This document shows positions 38,130 through 47,139 of a DNA stretch of 64,000 nt, one piece after another. Position numbers and translations under genes: made by a program. The DNA lies in IMG/VR virus record IMGVR_UViG_3300007072_000007, positions 10,245-74,244 of that record; one strand, written 5' to 3'. Numbering within the stretch: position 1 is the first letter of the stretch; every line of letters starts with the position of its first letter. The notes beneath the pieces were generated by a model. The model saw nothing but the letters and a program-made list of their open reading frames with translations, did not search any database and was not told the DNA's origin. Source of the stretch: a virus.

Positions 38130-38170
38130 TTGACATGCCGTAAATGCTGGGGTATTATCGCAGCGTAAAT
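38130..38170 (+). promoter_or_regulatory. Promoter of the ParB-like gene with overlapping operator-like palindrome variant
   Basis: TTGACA-17-TATTAT; ATTATCGCAGCGTAAAT (38154-38170, 2 mismatches) overlaps -10 and start region; extra half-sites flank the -35. Confidence 0.8.
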
Positions 38171-38209
38171 CGAACCCCGACGGGTTCGTAGGTCATTACG
38201 AGGTGTTCC

Positions 38210-39283
38210 ATGTCCGAGACGTTTTCACTGGGTAAGCGGAAGAACAACGCCGCGCTCGCCGTCGTTCCCATCTCGTCCGTCGAGATCAAGGAAGGCTACA
38301 ACCCCCGCGCCGACCTCGGCGACCTGACCGAACTTTCGGCCAGCATCGCAAAGGAGGGGATTATCGAACCCCTCATCGTGCGCCCGCAGTCAGGGAAGGG
38401 GGCCAAAGAGGGGCACTACTGGATCGTCGCGGGGGAGCGCAGGTACAGGGCGGCGAAGAAGGCGGGTGTCGAGTCTGTGCCGTGCGTCGTTCGCACTGAC
38501 CTGTCCGATGACACGGACGCCTTGTGCGTCAGTGTCGCCGAGAACAGCGAGGAGGGGCGCACGCCGTTGACGGCCATCGAACTCGGTAGGACGTTCGCGC
38601 GGCTGGCCAAGACCGGCTTGAGTCCGAACGCCATTGCCGCGCGGACGGCGACCAATCATCAGAAGGTCCGCCGCGCCCTGGCCATCGTTACCGCGTCTCA
38701 GGAGGTCCAGCAGCGCGTCGCGTCGGGCGACCTGGGCATCATGGCCGCGAGCGAACTCGCTACGCTGAAGCCGAAGGAGCAGGCGAAGGTCGTGTCCGCG
38801 TTGCCGAGCGGCGCGACGGCTCAGGACGTGAAGCGGGCCGTGCGCGAGGTGCTGGATTCGACGCCATCGGCCCGCCGCCCGTCGAAGGCGGGCCGGGCCA
38901 AGACCGTCGCCAGCCCGGTATGGCGGGGGGCGCGCGAGAAGCAGCGGCTCATCAACGCGCTGTCCTACTCCTTCCTTCACCCGGACCCCGACGAGAACTT
39001 CGACACGCTTTCCGGTGCGCTGGGCGTCCTGCTTTGGGAGCGCCAGAACCTCGATACGCCTGTTTTCCCGCTCCTGGTTGGGAAGGACGGTCGCGTGATT
39101 GCCGACCCGCCCGAAGACGCGACGGCGGCCGAGAAGAAGGTCTATAAGGCGACCTACTACCTCGTCGCCAAGTTCGCCGAGGACCATGCGAAGTCGGTCA
39201 ACGCGGACGCCTCCAAGGACGCGACGGACGATTCCGATGAGGCTCTTTCGGACGACGGTGCGGACGAAGGCGCGGACGAGTAG
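38210..39283 (+). CDS. ParB / Spo0J / KorB-family DNA-binding protein
   Basis: YNPR, LSASIAKEGIIEPLIVR, IVAGERRYRAA, EN..R.PLTAIE, then HTH GLSPNAIAART..HQKVRRAL. Confidence 0.92.
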   Translation: MSETFSLGKRKNNAALAVVPISSVEIKEGYNPRADLGDLTELSASIAKEGIIEPLIVRPQSGKGAKEGHYWIVAGERRYRAAKKAGVESVPCVVRTDLSDDTDALCVSVAENSEEGRTPLTAIELGRTFARLAKTGLSPNAIAARTATNHQKVRRALAIVTASQEVQQRVASGDLGIMAASELATLKPKEQAKVVSALPSGATAQDVKRAVREVLDSTPSARRPSKAGRAKTVASPVWRGAREKQRLINALSYSFLHPDPDENFDTLSGALGVLLWERQNLDTPVFPLLVGKDGRVIADPPEDATAAEKKVYKATYYLVAKFAEDHAKSVNADASKDATDDSDEALSDDGADEGADE

Positions 39284-39293
39284 GCTTCGGTAC

Positions 39294-39325
39294 GGCCCAG
39301 ACGGGTTCCACGTCTGGGCCTTTCC
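39294..39325 (+). terminator. Putative terminator after ParB-like gene
   Basis: GGCCCAGACG / CGTCTGGGCC stem with short T run. Confidence 0.55.
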
Positions 39326-39337
39326 CTTCGGTGTGTT

Positions 39338-40138
39338 ATGGCTGCTATCTGGGTCGAGGATTGCGCAACGACCATGCGCACTAGGCTGGAGCCGGATTCG
39401 GTGGACCTGTTGTTTGCCGACCCCCCGTTCAACCTCGGTCAGGACTACCTTGGGTATGACGATAACAGGGAGGACTTTTCGGCGTATCTGGCGGAGCGCA
39501 TCCGGTTGTGCCCCCGCGTTGTTCGCCCCGGCGGTGCGGTTGTATGGCACGTTCCAGACCGTTGGGCGGCACTGACCTACACGGTCCTGGCCGAGACGTT
39601 GGAGCCGGTCAACTGGATTATTCTGCATCAGGAGTTCGGCCAGTTTTCCGACGGGCGCTTTATCGTGTCGAAGGTGCATTGCCTGTATTTCGCAAAGCCA
39701 GGCGGGAAGCGCACCTTCAACGTGGAGGAGGTATTGGAGCCGTCGGCCCGCCTGCTCAGCGGCGACAAGCGCGTTTCGGAGAGCCGCTACGGGGGGATGC
39801 GGCCTTTTCTCGACGTGTGGTACGGCCCGTATCTCGGACGGGTGCAGGGTAACAGCGCGGAGCGTTGCAAGGCCCATCCCAACCAACTGCCGGAGATGTA
39901 TCTGGCTCGCATCGCCCGCGCGCTGTCGAACTCCGGCGACGTGGTGTACGACCCGTTCGTCGGGAGCGGGACTACGCTGGTGGTCGCCGAGGCGTTGGGT
40001 CGGCGCGCCTGCGGGAGCGAGATTTCCCCGGACGCAGCGAAGTCGGCCCGCGAGCGCGTTCGGCGCGGTCCCGTGCGGAACGTTTCGGGTTCGTTGGTTA
40101 CTCGTTCGGACGCGTCGGGGCCGGTGAGTGATGAGTAG
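39338..40138 (+). CDS. DNA methyltransferase (N6-A / N4-C)
   Basis: DPPF, HPNQLP and DPFVGSGTT motifs. Confidence 0.92.
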   Translation: MAAIWVEDCATTMRTRLEPDSVDLLFADPPFNLGQDYLGYDDNREDFSAYLAERIRLCPRVVRPGGAVVWHVPDRWAALTYTVLAETLEPVNWIILHQEFGQFSDGRFIVSKVHCLYFAKPGGKRTFNVEEVLEPSARLLSGDKRVSESRYGGMRPFLDVWYGPYLGRVQGNSAERCKAHPNQLPEMYLARIARALSNSGDVVYDPFVGSGTTLVVAEALGRRACGSEISPDAAKSARERVRRGPVRNVSGSLVTRSDASGPVSDE

Positions 40139-41207
40139 CGTAACGCTGACTCCAGAACAGCAGGTCGCGGCCGACGGAGCCGTTGATTTCCTGATGTCCC
40201 GCGCGGCTGGGTTCCGCTCCATCGGAGGTTACGCGGGAACTGGAAAGACTACGGTGATTTCCGATGTTTGCCGCAGGACGGGGGAGGCGGGTCTGGCAAC
40301 CGCTGTCTGTGCCTTCACGGGGAAGGCGGCGAGTGTCTTGAGGAAGAAGGGGGTTTCGGCCGGAACGATTCATTCGCTCATCTACGTTCCAACGCCCGAC
40401 CCTCGCGGTCGCGTTTCCTTCGTTTTGAAGGCCGACATCCCCTATGACTGCATCATCGTGGATGAGGCGTCGATGGTCAGCGCCCAGTTGTGGTCTGACC
40501 TTCTTTCGTTTCGCAAACCGATTCTCCTGGTCGGCGATATCGGCCAGTTGGAGCCGATAGGCGACAATCCCAAACTGTTGGCGAAACCGACGTGGCGGCT
40601 CGAACAGGTCCACCGGCAGGCGGAGTCCTCTCCCATCATCAGGTTTGCTACGGCGGCGCGTCGGGGGAGTCGCCTTCCCCGCAGTTGCCCGCCTGAGTTG
40701 CTGGTGGGTCGTCGAGGCGATTTCATCGACGCGATGCTGGACGTGGACCAGTGCGTTTGCGGATACAACGCTACGCGCCACCGATTCAACTCCGCTTTTC
40801 GGGACCATTACGGATACCGAAACGTCTTGAACGTCGGGGATAAGGTCATCTGCCTGCGGAACAACCGGAAACTCGGATTGTTCAACGGAATGATGGGTCG
40901 GATTACGGGTGTGGGCGACGTGTATCGTGATATGGTGGTCGCGTCCGTATTGGGGGACGATGGCGTAGAGCGGTCGCGGCTGCCGATGGCTCTCTGCGCG
41001 TTCGGGGGGGAGGTTCCCGATACCCCGCAGCCTGGGATGACGTATTGGGATTACGGGTATGTCGTAACGTGCCACAAGGCGCAGGGGTCCGAGTGGGATT
41101 CCGTTGCGGTGCTGGAGGAGATTTCCTCAAGTTGGGATGCCCGCAGGTGGGTTTACACCGCCGCTACGCGGGCGTCGGAGCGTCTGGTCTATTGTCATGG
41201 AGGATGA
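40128..41207 (+). CDS. SF1B RecD/Dda-like helicase
   Basis: GYAGTGKTT, FTGKAA, IVDEASMV, GDIGQL, TCHKAQGSEW and YTAATRA. Confidence 0.92.
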   Translation: MMSSVTLTPEQQVAADGAVDFLMSRAAGFRSIGGYAGTGKTTVISDVCRRTGEAGLATAVCAFTGKAASVLRKKGVSAGTIHSLIYVPTPDPRGRVSFVLKADIPYDCIIVDEASMVSAQLWSDLLSFRKPILLVGDIGQLEPIGDNPKLLAKPTWRLEQVHRQAESSPIIRFATAARRGSRLPRSCPPELLVGRRGDFIDAMLDVDQCVCGYNATRHRFNSAFRDHYGYRNVLNVGDKVICLRNNRKLGLFNGMMGRITGVGDVYRDMVVASVLGDDGVERSRLPMALCAFGGEVPDTPQPGMTYWDYGYVVTCHKAQGSEWDSVAVLEEISSSWDARRWVYTAATRASERLVYCHGG

Positions 41208-41210
41208 ACG

Positions 41211-42197
41211 ATGTCGCCGTGTCCGGTGATTGTGGACGCTCCCAGCGTCATCAAGCGGGCCATATTCGCGTCCGTTATGGACGACTTTCGCGCCGGGATA
41301 TGGACGGGGGGTATTTACGGGGCTACGGCTATGCTTGCGAGCGTGCTGTCGCATGTGCCTCCCCCGCGATGCACGGCCGGTCCCGTGGTGGCCATGTTCG
41401 ACGGGGGTATCCCGCCGCACAGGAAGGCGGCGATACCGGGCTACAAGTCGGGCCGCGAGGAGCGGCGTCGCTTGCTGACGGAGGACCAGCATGAAAAGGC
41501 GATGGCGCAGGTGGGCGAGACCCGAAAGTTCTGGGAGACGCTGGGCGTCCAGTGTGCCGCCTACGGGGATTACGAGGCCGACGATGCGGTGGCGGCGATG
41601 GTCCGGCTTACGGTGTCGATGGGGTGTCGTCCGATTGTGGTCAGCGGGGACCGCGACCTGTATCAGACGGTCAATATGGGCGCGTCGATGTGGGACGTGG
41701 CCGCGCGCCGGCTGGTGGATGCCGTGTCCTTCAAGTCTTTGGTCGGGGTGCTGCCGAACCAGTATGTCGTTTACCGTGCCCTCGTGGGCGACTCGTCGGA
41801 TTCAATCCGGGGGGTTCGCGGTGTAGGCCCCAAGCGGGCCGTCGGTCTGGTCCAGGAGGCGGCCGGCACACATGGTTTGCCGTCTGTGATGCTTTCCCGC
41901 ATCGTCAAGCATTTACGCAGCGTAAATCCACGTTTGGAGTGGCAGCAGGCTGTTATCGACGACGAGGCGCGGTTGAATAAGGTTATTGTCGGCATCGACC
42001 TGTCCGGTTCGTTTTCGGACTACGTTTCACTGCGCCGTCTGGTCCTGTCGTCGTCGAAGCCAGCCCGAAGCGGGTACGAGTCGGCCTGTCGGAAGTACCG
42101 ATTCTTTCGTTTTCTGGATGAGGCGTCGGTTTATCTGGAGCCGTTCGTTCGGGCGGCTACGGTTTCGATTCCGCTGGAGGAGGGTTTGCCATGCTGA
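41211..42197 (+). CDS. 5'-3' exonuclease / flap endonuclease
   Basis: YKSGR, YEADD, SGDRDLYQ and LVGDSSDSIRGVRGVGPKRA. Confidence 0.92.
   Translation: MSPCPVIVDAPSVIKRAIFASVMDDFRAGIWTGGIYGATAMLASVLSHVPPPRCTAGPVVAMFDGGIPPHRKAAIPGYKSGREERRRLLTEDQHEKAMAQVGETRKFWETLGVQCAAYGDYEADDAVAAMVRLTVSMGCRPIVVSGDRDLYQTVNMGASMWDVAARRLVDAVSFKSLVGVLPNQYVVYRALVGDSSDSIRGVRGVGPKRAVGLVQEAAGTHGLPSVMLSRIVKHLRSVNPRLEWQQAVIDDEARLNKVIVGIDLSGSFSDYVSLRRLVLSSSKPARSGYESACRKYRFFRFLDEASVYLEPFVRAATVSIPLEEGLPC
41911..41927. repeat. 17-bp palindrome inside exonuclease CDS
   Basis: Encodes HLRSVN. Confidence 0.97.
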
Positions 42198-42415
42198 CGG
42201 TGACACGGAACAGCGGGCAGTCGGTGGTGTTGGTGGACTCGCGGACGAACGACCTGATTGCGGTCGTCATCGTGTTTCGGGCGAAGGGAAGTAACTGTAT
42301 CTCCGTGTCGGTCGGCGCGCCGTCGTCCGTGCGCATCTCGCGCGAGGAGTTGTTGTCGCCGGTGGACGACAAGGGCGTCCTGGAACTCGTGCGCCGCCTG
42401 CGAGGAAAGGCTTAG
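42191..42415 (+). CDS. csrA: CsrA-like RNA-binding protein
   Basis: MLTVTRNSGQSVVL and VSVGAPSSVRISREEL match the CsrA MLxLxR..GE and IxAP..V.I.REE patterns; SD GGAGG. Confidence 0.78.
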   Translation: MLTVTRNSGQSVVLVDSRTNDLIAVVIVFRAKGSNCISVSVGAPSSVRISREELLSPVDDKGVLELVRRLRGKA

Positions 42416-42416
42416 C

Positions 42417-43610
42417 ATGAAGATTGCCATTACAGCGGACCTTCAGATGGACATGCAGGCGTCTGTAGGGGTGGTTCAGCCGGACGGGTTGACAGACCGG
42501 CTGAACCACCGCATCGACTGCCTGCGATGGGTTGCGCAGGAGGCCGTCGAGCGGGGGTGCCCGTATCTGTTCGTTCTGGGCGATATCTTCGACAACCGTA
42601 GTGCCGTGGATGTCGGGGTGCTAGATGCCGTCTGCTCGGCGTTTGCCGGTATCGCGGGGTCGTTTCGAAGGATTGTGGTCCTTCCTGGGAATCACGACAG
42701 TTACCTGCGAAACGCCCGCATTACGTCGCTGCGCGCCCTGGTCGGGACGTGTCAGGTCGTGACCTCCAGCGTGCGCATGGAACTGGACGGCGTAACCGCC
42801 CTGCTGGTTCCGTGGCAGGAGCGGGTCGAGGACTACACGAATGAGATTGGTTCGGCCGGAATGAAGTCGATGGATTCGGCGGTGCTGATGACGCACGCTC
42901 TGCTGGAATCGGCGGTGCCCGGTAAGGGAATCCCTCTGTCGGCGCTGGAACCCCGCGGGAAGTTTCGGCGCGTGTTCCTCGGCGATGTGCATGAGCCGCA
43001 GGATGTAACGGGGGACGGGCGGGTTCAGTATGTCGGCGCGCCCATGCAGTACGACTACGGGGACGCGGGAGGCCGCAGGGGGTTTGTCGTTTACGACACG
43101 AAGAAGGACAAAGTGGAGTTCGTCTCGAACGTTGTGTCCCCGAAGTTTGCCGTCGTCAAGGATCGCGGGACGGCGGAGGCGGCGAATCGGTCGATGGCGA
43201 CCTACGTTCGGGTTTTGGGCGGGGCGGAGTTTGTCGGCAAGCCCGGCGTGGTCGTGGAGCGCATCGACCCGCCTCCGTCGATGGCTCCGTCGCGTTTGGG
43301 GGTGACGGCTGCGTCGTCTCCTCTGGCCGTGATTCGGTCCTACGTCGAGGCTGTGGCGAACGAAGCGGACAGGGAGAGGCTTGTCGAAGCGGGCGTGGCT
43401 TTGTTTGCTCGCGGGAACGGCATGGAGGTTTCGGATGTGGCAGGACAAGGTGAGGAAACTTCTCAGCACCGCCAAGCGGAAAGTCGAGTTGAGGGCGGAG
43501 GCGAAACTGGACGCGCTGTTGCGCCGAACCGTGTACGCCGACGTAGCGAAGCAGGCGCGCCAGCCCGTCGTGATTCGCAAAGCCCCGATTCCCGGCGACC
43601 CGTTCGATAG
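42417..43610 (+). CDS. SbcD / Mre11-like nuclease (gp47-like)
   Basis: IAITADLQ, LGDIFD, PGNHD, LGDVH and YVGAP.Q.DYGD. Confidence 0.88.
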   Translation: MKIAITADLQMDMQASVGVVQPDGLTDRLNHRIDCLRWVAQEAVERGCPYLFVLGDIFDNRSAVDVGVLDAVCSAFAGIAGSFRRIVVLPGNHDSYLRNARITSLRALVGTCQVVTSSVRMELDGVTALLVPWQERVEDYTNEIGSAGMKSMDSAVLMTHALLESAVPGKGIPLSALEPRGKFRRVFLGDVHEPQDVTGDGRVQYVGAPMQYDYGDAGGRRGFVVYDTKKDKVEFVSNVVSPKFAVVKDRGTAEAANRSMATYVRVLGGAEFVGKPGVVVERIDPPPSMAPSRLGVTAASSPLAVIRSYVEAVANEADRERLVEAGVALFARGNGMEVSDVAGQGEETSQHRQAESRVEGGGETGRAVAPNRVRRRSEAGAPARRDSQSPDSRRPVR

Positions 43611-43836
43611 GCCGCGTCAGGTCGTCATCCTCGGTATCGCCATGCACGACGATTGCGCGGTTCGGCTGGACCGGAAGGCGGCCGACGTGCTACGCGGTCG
43701 TGGCGACAAGGTGTATGAGTTGCGGGTGGTGATGCGGTACGGAGGGGTGCAGGTCGTCCGTGCGTCCGCGTCGGAACTAGGCGGTATTGTGGACCGTATC
43801 GAGCGGTCCAGAAAGGCGGACTATGCGCATAGGTAA
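43435..43836 (+). CDS. Hypothetical protein overlapping the SbcD 3' end
   Basis: SD GGAGG before ATG 43435. Confidence 0.55.
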   Translation: MWQDKVRKLLSTAKRKVELRAEAKLDALLRRTVYADVAKQARQPVVIRKAPIPGDPFDRPRQVVILGIAMHDDCAVRLDRKAADVLRGRGDKVYELRVVMRYGGVQVVRASASELGGIVDRIERSRKADYAHR

Positions 43837-45676
43837 GGTGGAGTATCGCAACTTCGGTCCGTTCGAGTCTGCTACGGTCGATTTCGACCGTCCCGGTCTG
43901 ACCGTCATCGAGGGGGTGATGCGAGGCCGGACCGGCGCATCGTCGAACGGGTCGGGCAAGTCTTTTCTGCTGGACGGCGTTGCATGGGCCTTGTTCGGTC
44001 GGTGTCTGCGCGAGCGGTATGCCGGGGATGACGTAGTGCGTCACGGTGCGGATGGGGCGAGGGTGGACGTGGTTCTGAAAACTCCGTCCGGTGATGTCGT
44101 GGTTTCCAGAACACGGGGGGGCAGGGGCGGCAACACAACGCGGGTTCTGGTGGGCGGGAAGGACGTGTCCCGCGGGACGGCGGCGGAAACGGATGCGATG
44201 CTGGTCCAGAGCGTCGTCGGGATGGATTACATCGGGTTCTGCAATACGACCGCGTTCGGGGCGCGGGAGGACGTGAGGGGGTTCTTCTCCGCTACGGATT
44301 CGCAGCGGAAGGAACTGCTCGATTCGCTGCTGGGGCTGGATGTGTGGGTGCGCGCCGAGGGTGCGGCTATCGAGGAGCGGAACAAGGTTCGTGAGCGGAA
44401 AACGCTGTTGGCGGCGTCGGTTCTCCGCTGTCGAGAGGCCGTCGGGCTGGCGCGGCAGGCGGTCCAGCAGGCCGAGGAGTCGGTCGAAACGCTACGGGCA
44501 TCTGGAACCGACCTGCTTGAGGAGACCGCCAGGAAGGCGGAAAAGGCTGTCGCCAGGGCTACGGCCGATGAAAAGGAAGCGCGCGACGCGATGCAGCGTT
44601 GCGTCCAGGATGAGCAGGAGTCTGTGTGCCGTTACGAGGAGGCGGCGAAACGGTTTCAGCGCGAACAGGCCCGGCTGTCCGAAATCTACGCGCGCTTGCG
44701 GGGCGAGAGGGATGTGGCCAGAGCCAACGTCGAGTCGGTGCGGTCCCGCCTGAAGGCGGCGGAGTCGATGGGGGCGGTGTGCGACAAGTGCGGACAGCCG
44801 ATTCGCGGGGAGCATCGGGAGTCGTCCGTAGCGGCGTTGCGGCGGGAACTGAAGTTGGCGACGGAAGCGGAGCATCGGGCGGAGGCTGCGCTGAAGGCGG
44901 CGGAGGCGGAACGGGATGCGCTGCGCCCCCCCGCCAGGCCGGTGTCCAACGTTCAGGCGTATTTACAGCGCGTAAATGCGGCACAGGCTGAGCGGGTGCG
45001 TGCCGAGCGGGTTCGCGCCGAGGCGGCCGACGCGCTACGGACGGCTCAGGCTCGTCTGGATGCTGCGGTCGGGCGTCTCGAAGCGGCGCGTCGTGAGTTG
45101 GAGAGCCGTCTGGACATGCTGGGGGAGGCCGAGCGGGACGAGGCCGCCGCTACGAGTGCCCTCGCAGTCGCGGACTTCTGGGTGGCTGGTTTCGGGGCGA
45201 AGGGCGTCAGGAGCCACATCATTGAGTCTGCGATGGCTGGAATAAACGAGGACGCGACGCGATATGTTCAGCGTCTTGCGGGGGCGGGAGCCTACGTTCA
45301 GTTGCGGCCCACGACCGACCTGAAAACGAGGAGCGGGGCGGCGGAACGCATCAGCGTTGCCGCCCATATTCCGAACTGCACGGACACCTACTACGGCGCG
45401 AGCAAGGGTCAGAAAAAGCGGTTCGACATCGCTCTGTTGCTGGCGTTGCGGGATTACGTCGTCCGCAGGACTCCCGCGTGCCTCGATCAGTTGTTTCTGG
45501 ACGAGGCGTTCGACGGGCTGGACCGCGCCGGTTGCGAAGCCGTGGTTGACCTGCTTTCCGATATGTCGAAGCAGATTCCCGTTGTGCTGGTCACTCACGA
45601 CGACGCGCTGCGGAGTGCCGGAGACAGGACGATTCGAGTGATTCACGACGGGACTACGGCGAAAGTAGTTGCATGA
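43823..45676 (+). CDS. SbcC / Rad50-like ATPase (gp46-like)
   Basis: SNGSGKS Walker A, coiled coils, CDKCGQ zinc hook, ASKGQKKR signature and FLDEAFDGLD. Confidence 0.92.
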   Translation: MRIGKVEYRNFGPFESATVDFDRPGLTVIEGVMRGRTGASSNGSGKSFLLDGVAWALFGRCLRERYAGDDVVRHGADGARVDVVLKTPSGDVVVSRTRGGRGGNTTRVLVGGKDVSRGTAAETDAMLVQSVVGMDYIGFCNTTAFGAREDVRGFFSATDSQRKELLDSLLGLDVWVRAEGAAIEERNKVRERKTLLAASVLRCREAVGLARQAVQQAEESVETLRASGTDLLEETARKAEKAVARATADEKEARDAMQRCVQDEQESVCRYEEAAKRFQREQARLSEIYARLRGERDVARANVESVRSRLKAAESMGAVCDKCGQPIRGEHRESSVAALRRELKLATEAEHRAEAALKAAEAERDALRPPARPVSNVQAYLQRVNAAQAERVRAERVRAEAADALRTAQARLDAAVGRLEAARRELESRLDMLGEAERDEAAATSALAVADFWVAGFGAKGVRSHIIESAMAGINEDATRYVQRLAGAGAYVQLRPTTDLKTRSGAAERISVAAHIPNCTDTYYGASKGQKKRFDIALLLALRDYVVRRTPACLDQLFLDEAFDGLDRAGCEAVVDLLSDMSKQIPVVLVTHDDALRSAGDRTIRVIHDGTTAKVVA

Positions 45677-46238
45677 TACCGACTTATTGCGTATTATTCG
45701 TCGGACCATGAAGGCAGGGAACGGTCGTATCAAGGGCAACGCTGCCGAAAACGAGGTGTGCCGGTTTTTGTCGTCGTGGGTCTGCGGAACTCCAGCCGGA
45801 ACGCCCGTCCGGTTGTTGCCGTTTCGACGGAGGTTGACTACGGCGACAATGACCGGATGGGACGGAGCCGGAGACGTATGCTGGTCCCCGTCCGTGGAGT
45901 TTCCGTTCTGCGTAGAAGTCAAGGCTGTCGAGGGGTGGTCTCTCGACGGGATGTTTGATCCTGCATGGAGGTTGCTGCGGTGGTGGAGCCAGGCGGAAAG
46001 GCAAGCGGACGAGGCGGGTCTGGAGCCGATGCTTTTCGCGCTGCGCAGCCGTCGCGTTCCGTTGGTCGTCTTATCTGAGGTGTTTTCCCAATGTCTGCTG
46101 CAACCACACGCAAGGCTGCTAAGAGCGCAACCGCACACGCTGCTCGTCGTTCCGGTAGATTCGCTGGCGAAGATTCCGTTCCGTCTGTTTTCGAGAGTGC
46201 TGAAATCAAAGGCGTCTCGAAGCGAACCCGCAAGTTGA
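45669..46238 (+). CDS. Holliday junction resolvase-like PD-(D/E)xK nuclease
   Basis: KGNAAENEV, GDV, FCVEVK and WWSQA. Confidence 0.75.
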   Translation: MHDTDLLRIIRRTMKAGNGRIKGNAAENEVCRFLSSWVCGTPAGTPVRLLPFRRRLTTATMTGWDGAGDVCWSPSVEFPFCVEVKAVEGWSLDGMFDPAWRLLRWWSQAERQADEAGLEPMLFALRSRRVPLVVLSEVFSQCLLQPHARLLRAQPHTLLVVPVDSLAKIPFRLFSRVLKSKASRSEPAS

Positions 46239-46531
46239 CCCCGGCTGGAATCGTCGAGAACGTTGTCGCGCTCTCCGGTCAGTTTGCGCATCCCATTTCG
46301 GAGGATGCCGTGCGGGATGCTTGCACCGCCCTGTTCGCGGTAGTCCGAAACGCGCTTCTCAGGGGTTACGGAGTCGCCCTTCCCGGTGTGGGGTCCATCG
46401 TGGTTTACCGGCGTCCGCCCATACGCAGGCGCGACCTGCACACGGGCGAGGTGTATCAGTCCCCCCCGCGATACCGCACCCGGTTTGTCGTGTCGTCCAA
46501 ACTGAGGACGACCCTGAAGGAGTTGGGATGA
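46235..46531 (+). CDS. HU/IHF-family DNA-binding protein; start uncertain
   Basis: VALPGVGSI..R..RDLHTGE..PPRY..F..S..L. Confidence 0.8.
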   Translation: MTPAGIVENVVALSGQFAHPISEDAVRDACTALFAVVRNALLRGYGVALPGVGSIVVYRRPPIRRRDLHTGEVYQSPPRYRTRFVVSSKLRTTLKELG

Positions 46532-47139
46532 CGCGGGAGGAGCGGGAACTTCTGCACTACGCGATGGCGTATGGGCCGTACGCGCTGGTCGAGGACAGGG
46601 GGATGTCCGCGCCGGATGTCGATGCGTTCCTTTCCCGTCCTGATGTGCGGGACGAGCGGAAGAGGCTGGAGGACTTGCTGGCCGACGCTTCCGCTGCCGA
46701 GGCCCGCCGTCGCTACTTCGCCAGGCGCGCCGTCGGGCGGATGGTTCCGCAGGCGGTGCAGGTCATTTCCGATGCGCTGCGCGGGAACGAGTACGTCAGG
46801 GATTCGCACGGAAATCTGATGCTCGACCAGAACGGAAACTTCATCGTCCGCGAGCCGATGCCGACGAAGGTCCAGGTGGACGCCGCGAAGTTTGTTCTGT
46901 CCGACGCCGGAATCGGCGGAAAAGACGATGTGGGGCAGGTCGTGCTTGAGCATCGGGTTTCGATGCCGATTCAGATAACCTACCCGGAGGACGCCAGAAG
47001 CGACGAGGAGAAGGCCATGTCGCGGGAGCGCGTCCGCAACGCGATTATGCGCCTTGCCGCCCCTCTGCTGGAGGCGCATCGGGAGATTGACCGGCGGGTT
47101 GTGAGAAGGCGACATGGCCGCAAACCGAGGAAAGCGTAA
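46528..47139 (+). CDS. Putative terminase small subunit
   Basis: Helical protein directly upstream of and overlapping the large terminase; call is from synteny. Confidence 0.5.
   Translation: MTREERELLHYAMAYGPYALVEDRGMSAPDVDAFLSRPDVRDERKRLEDLLADASAAEARRRYFARRAVGRMVPQAVQVISDALRGNEYVRDSHGNLMLDQNGNFIVREPMPTKVQVDAAKFVLSDAGIGGKDDVGQVVLEHRVSMPIQITYPEDARSDEEKAMSRERVRNAIMRLAAPLLEAHREIDRRVVRRRHGRKPRKA

Noticed and set aside
39338-40138. DNA methyltransferase as the reader of the 17-bp palindrome
   Set aside because: Such methyltransferases usually recognise 4-8 bp sites; a 17-bp palindrome fits a dimeric HTH protein better.
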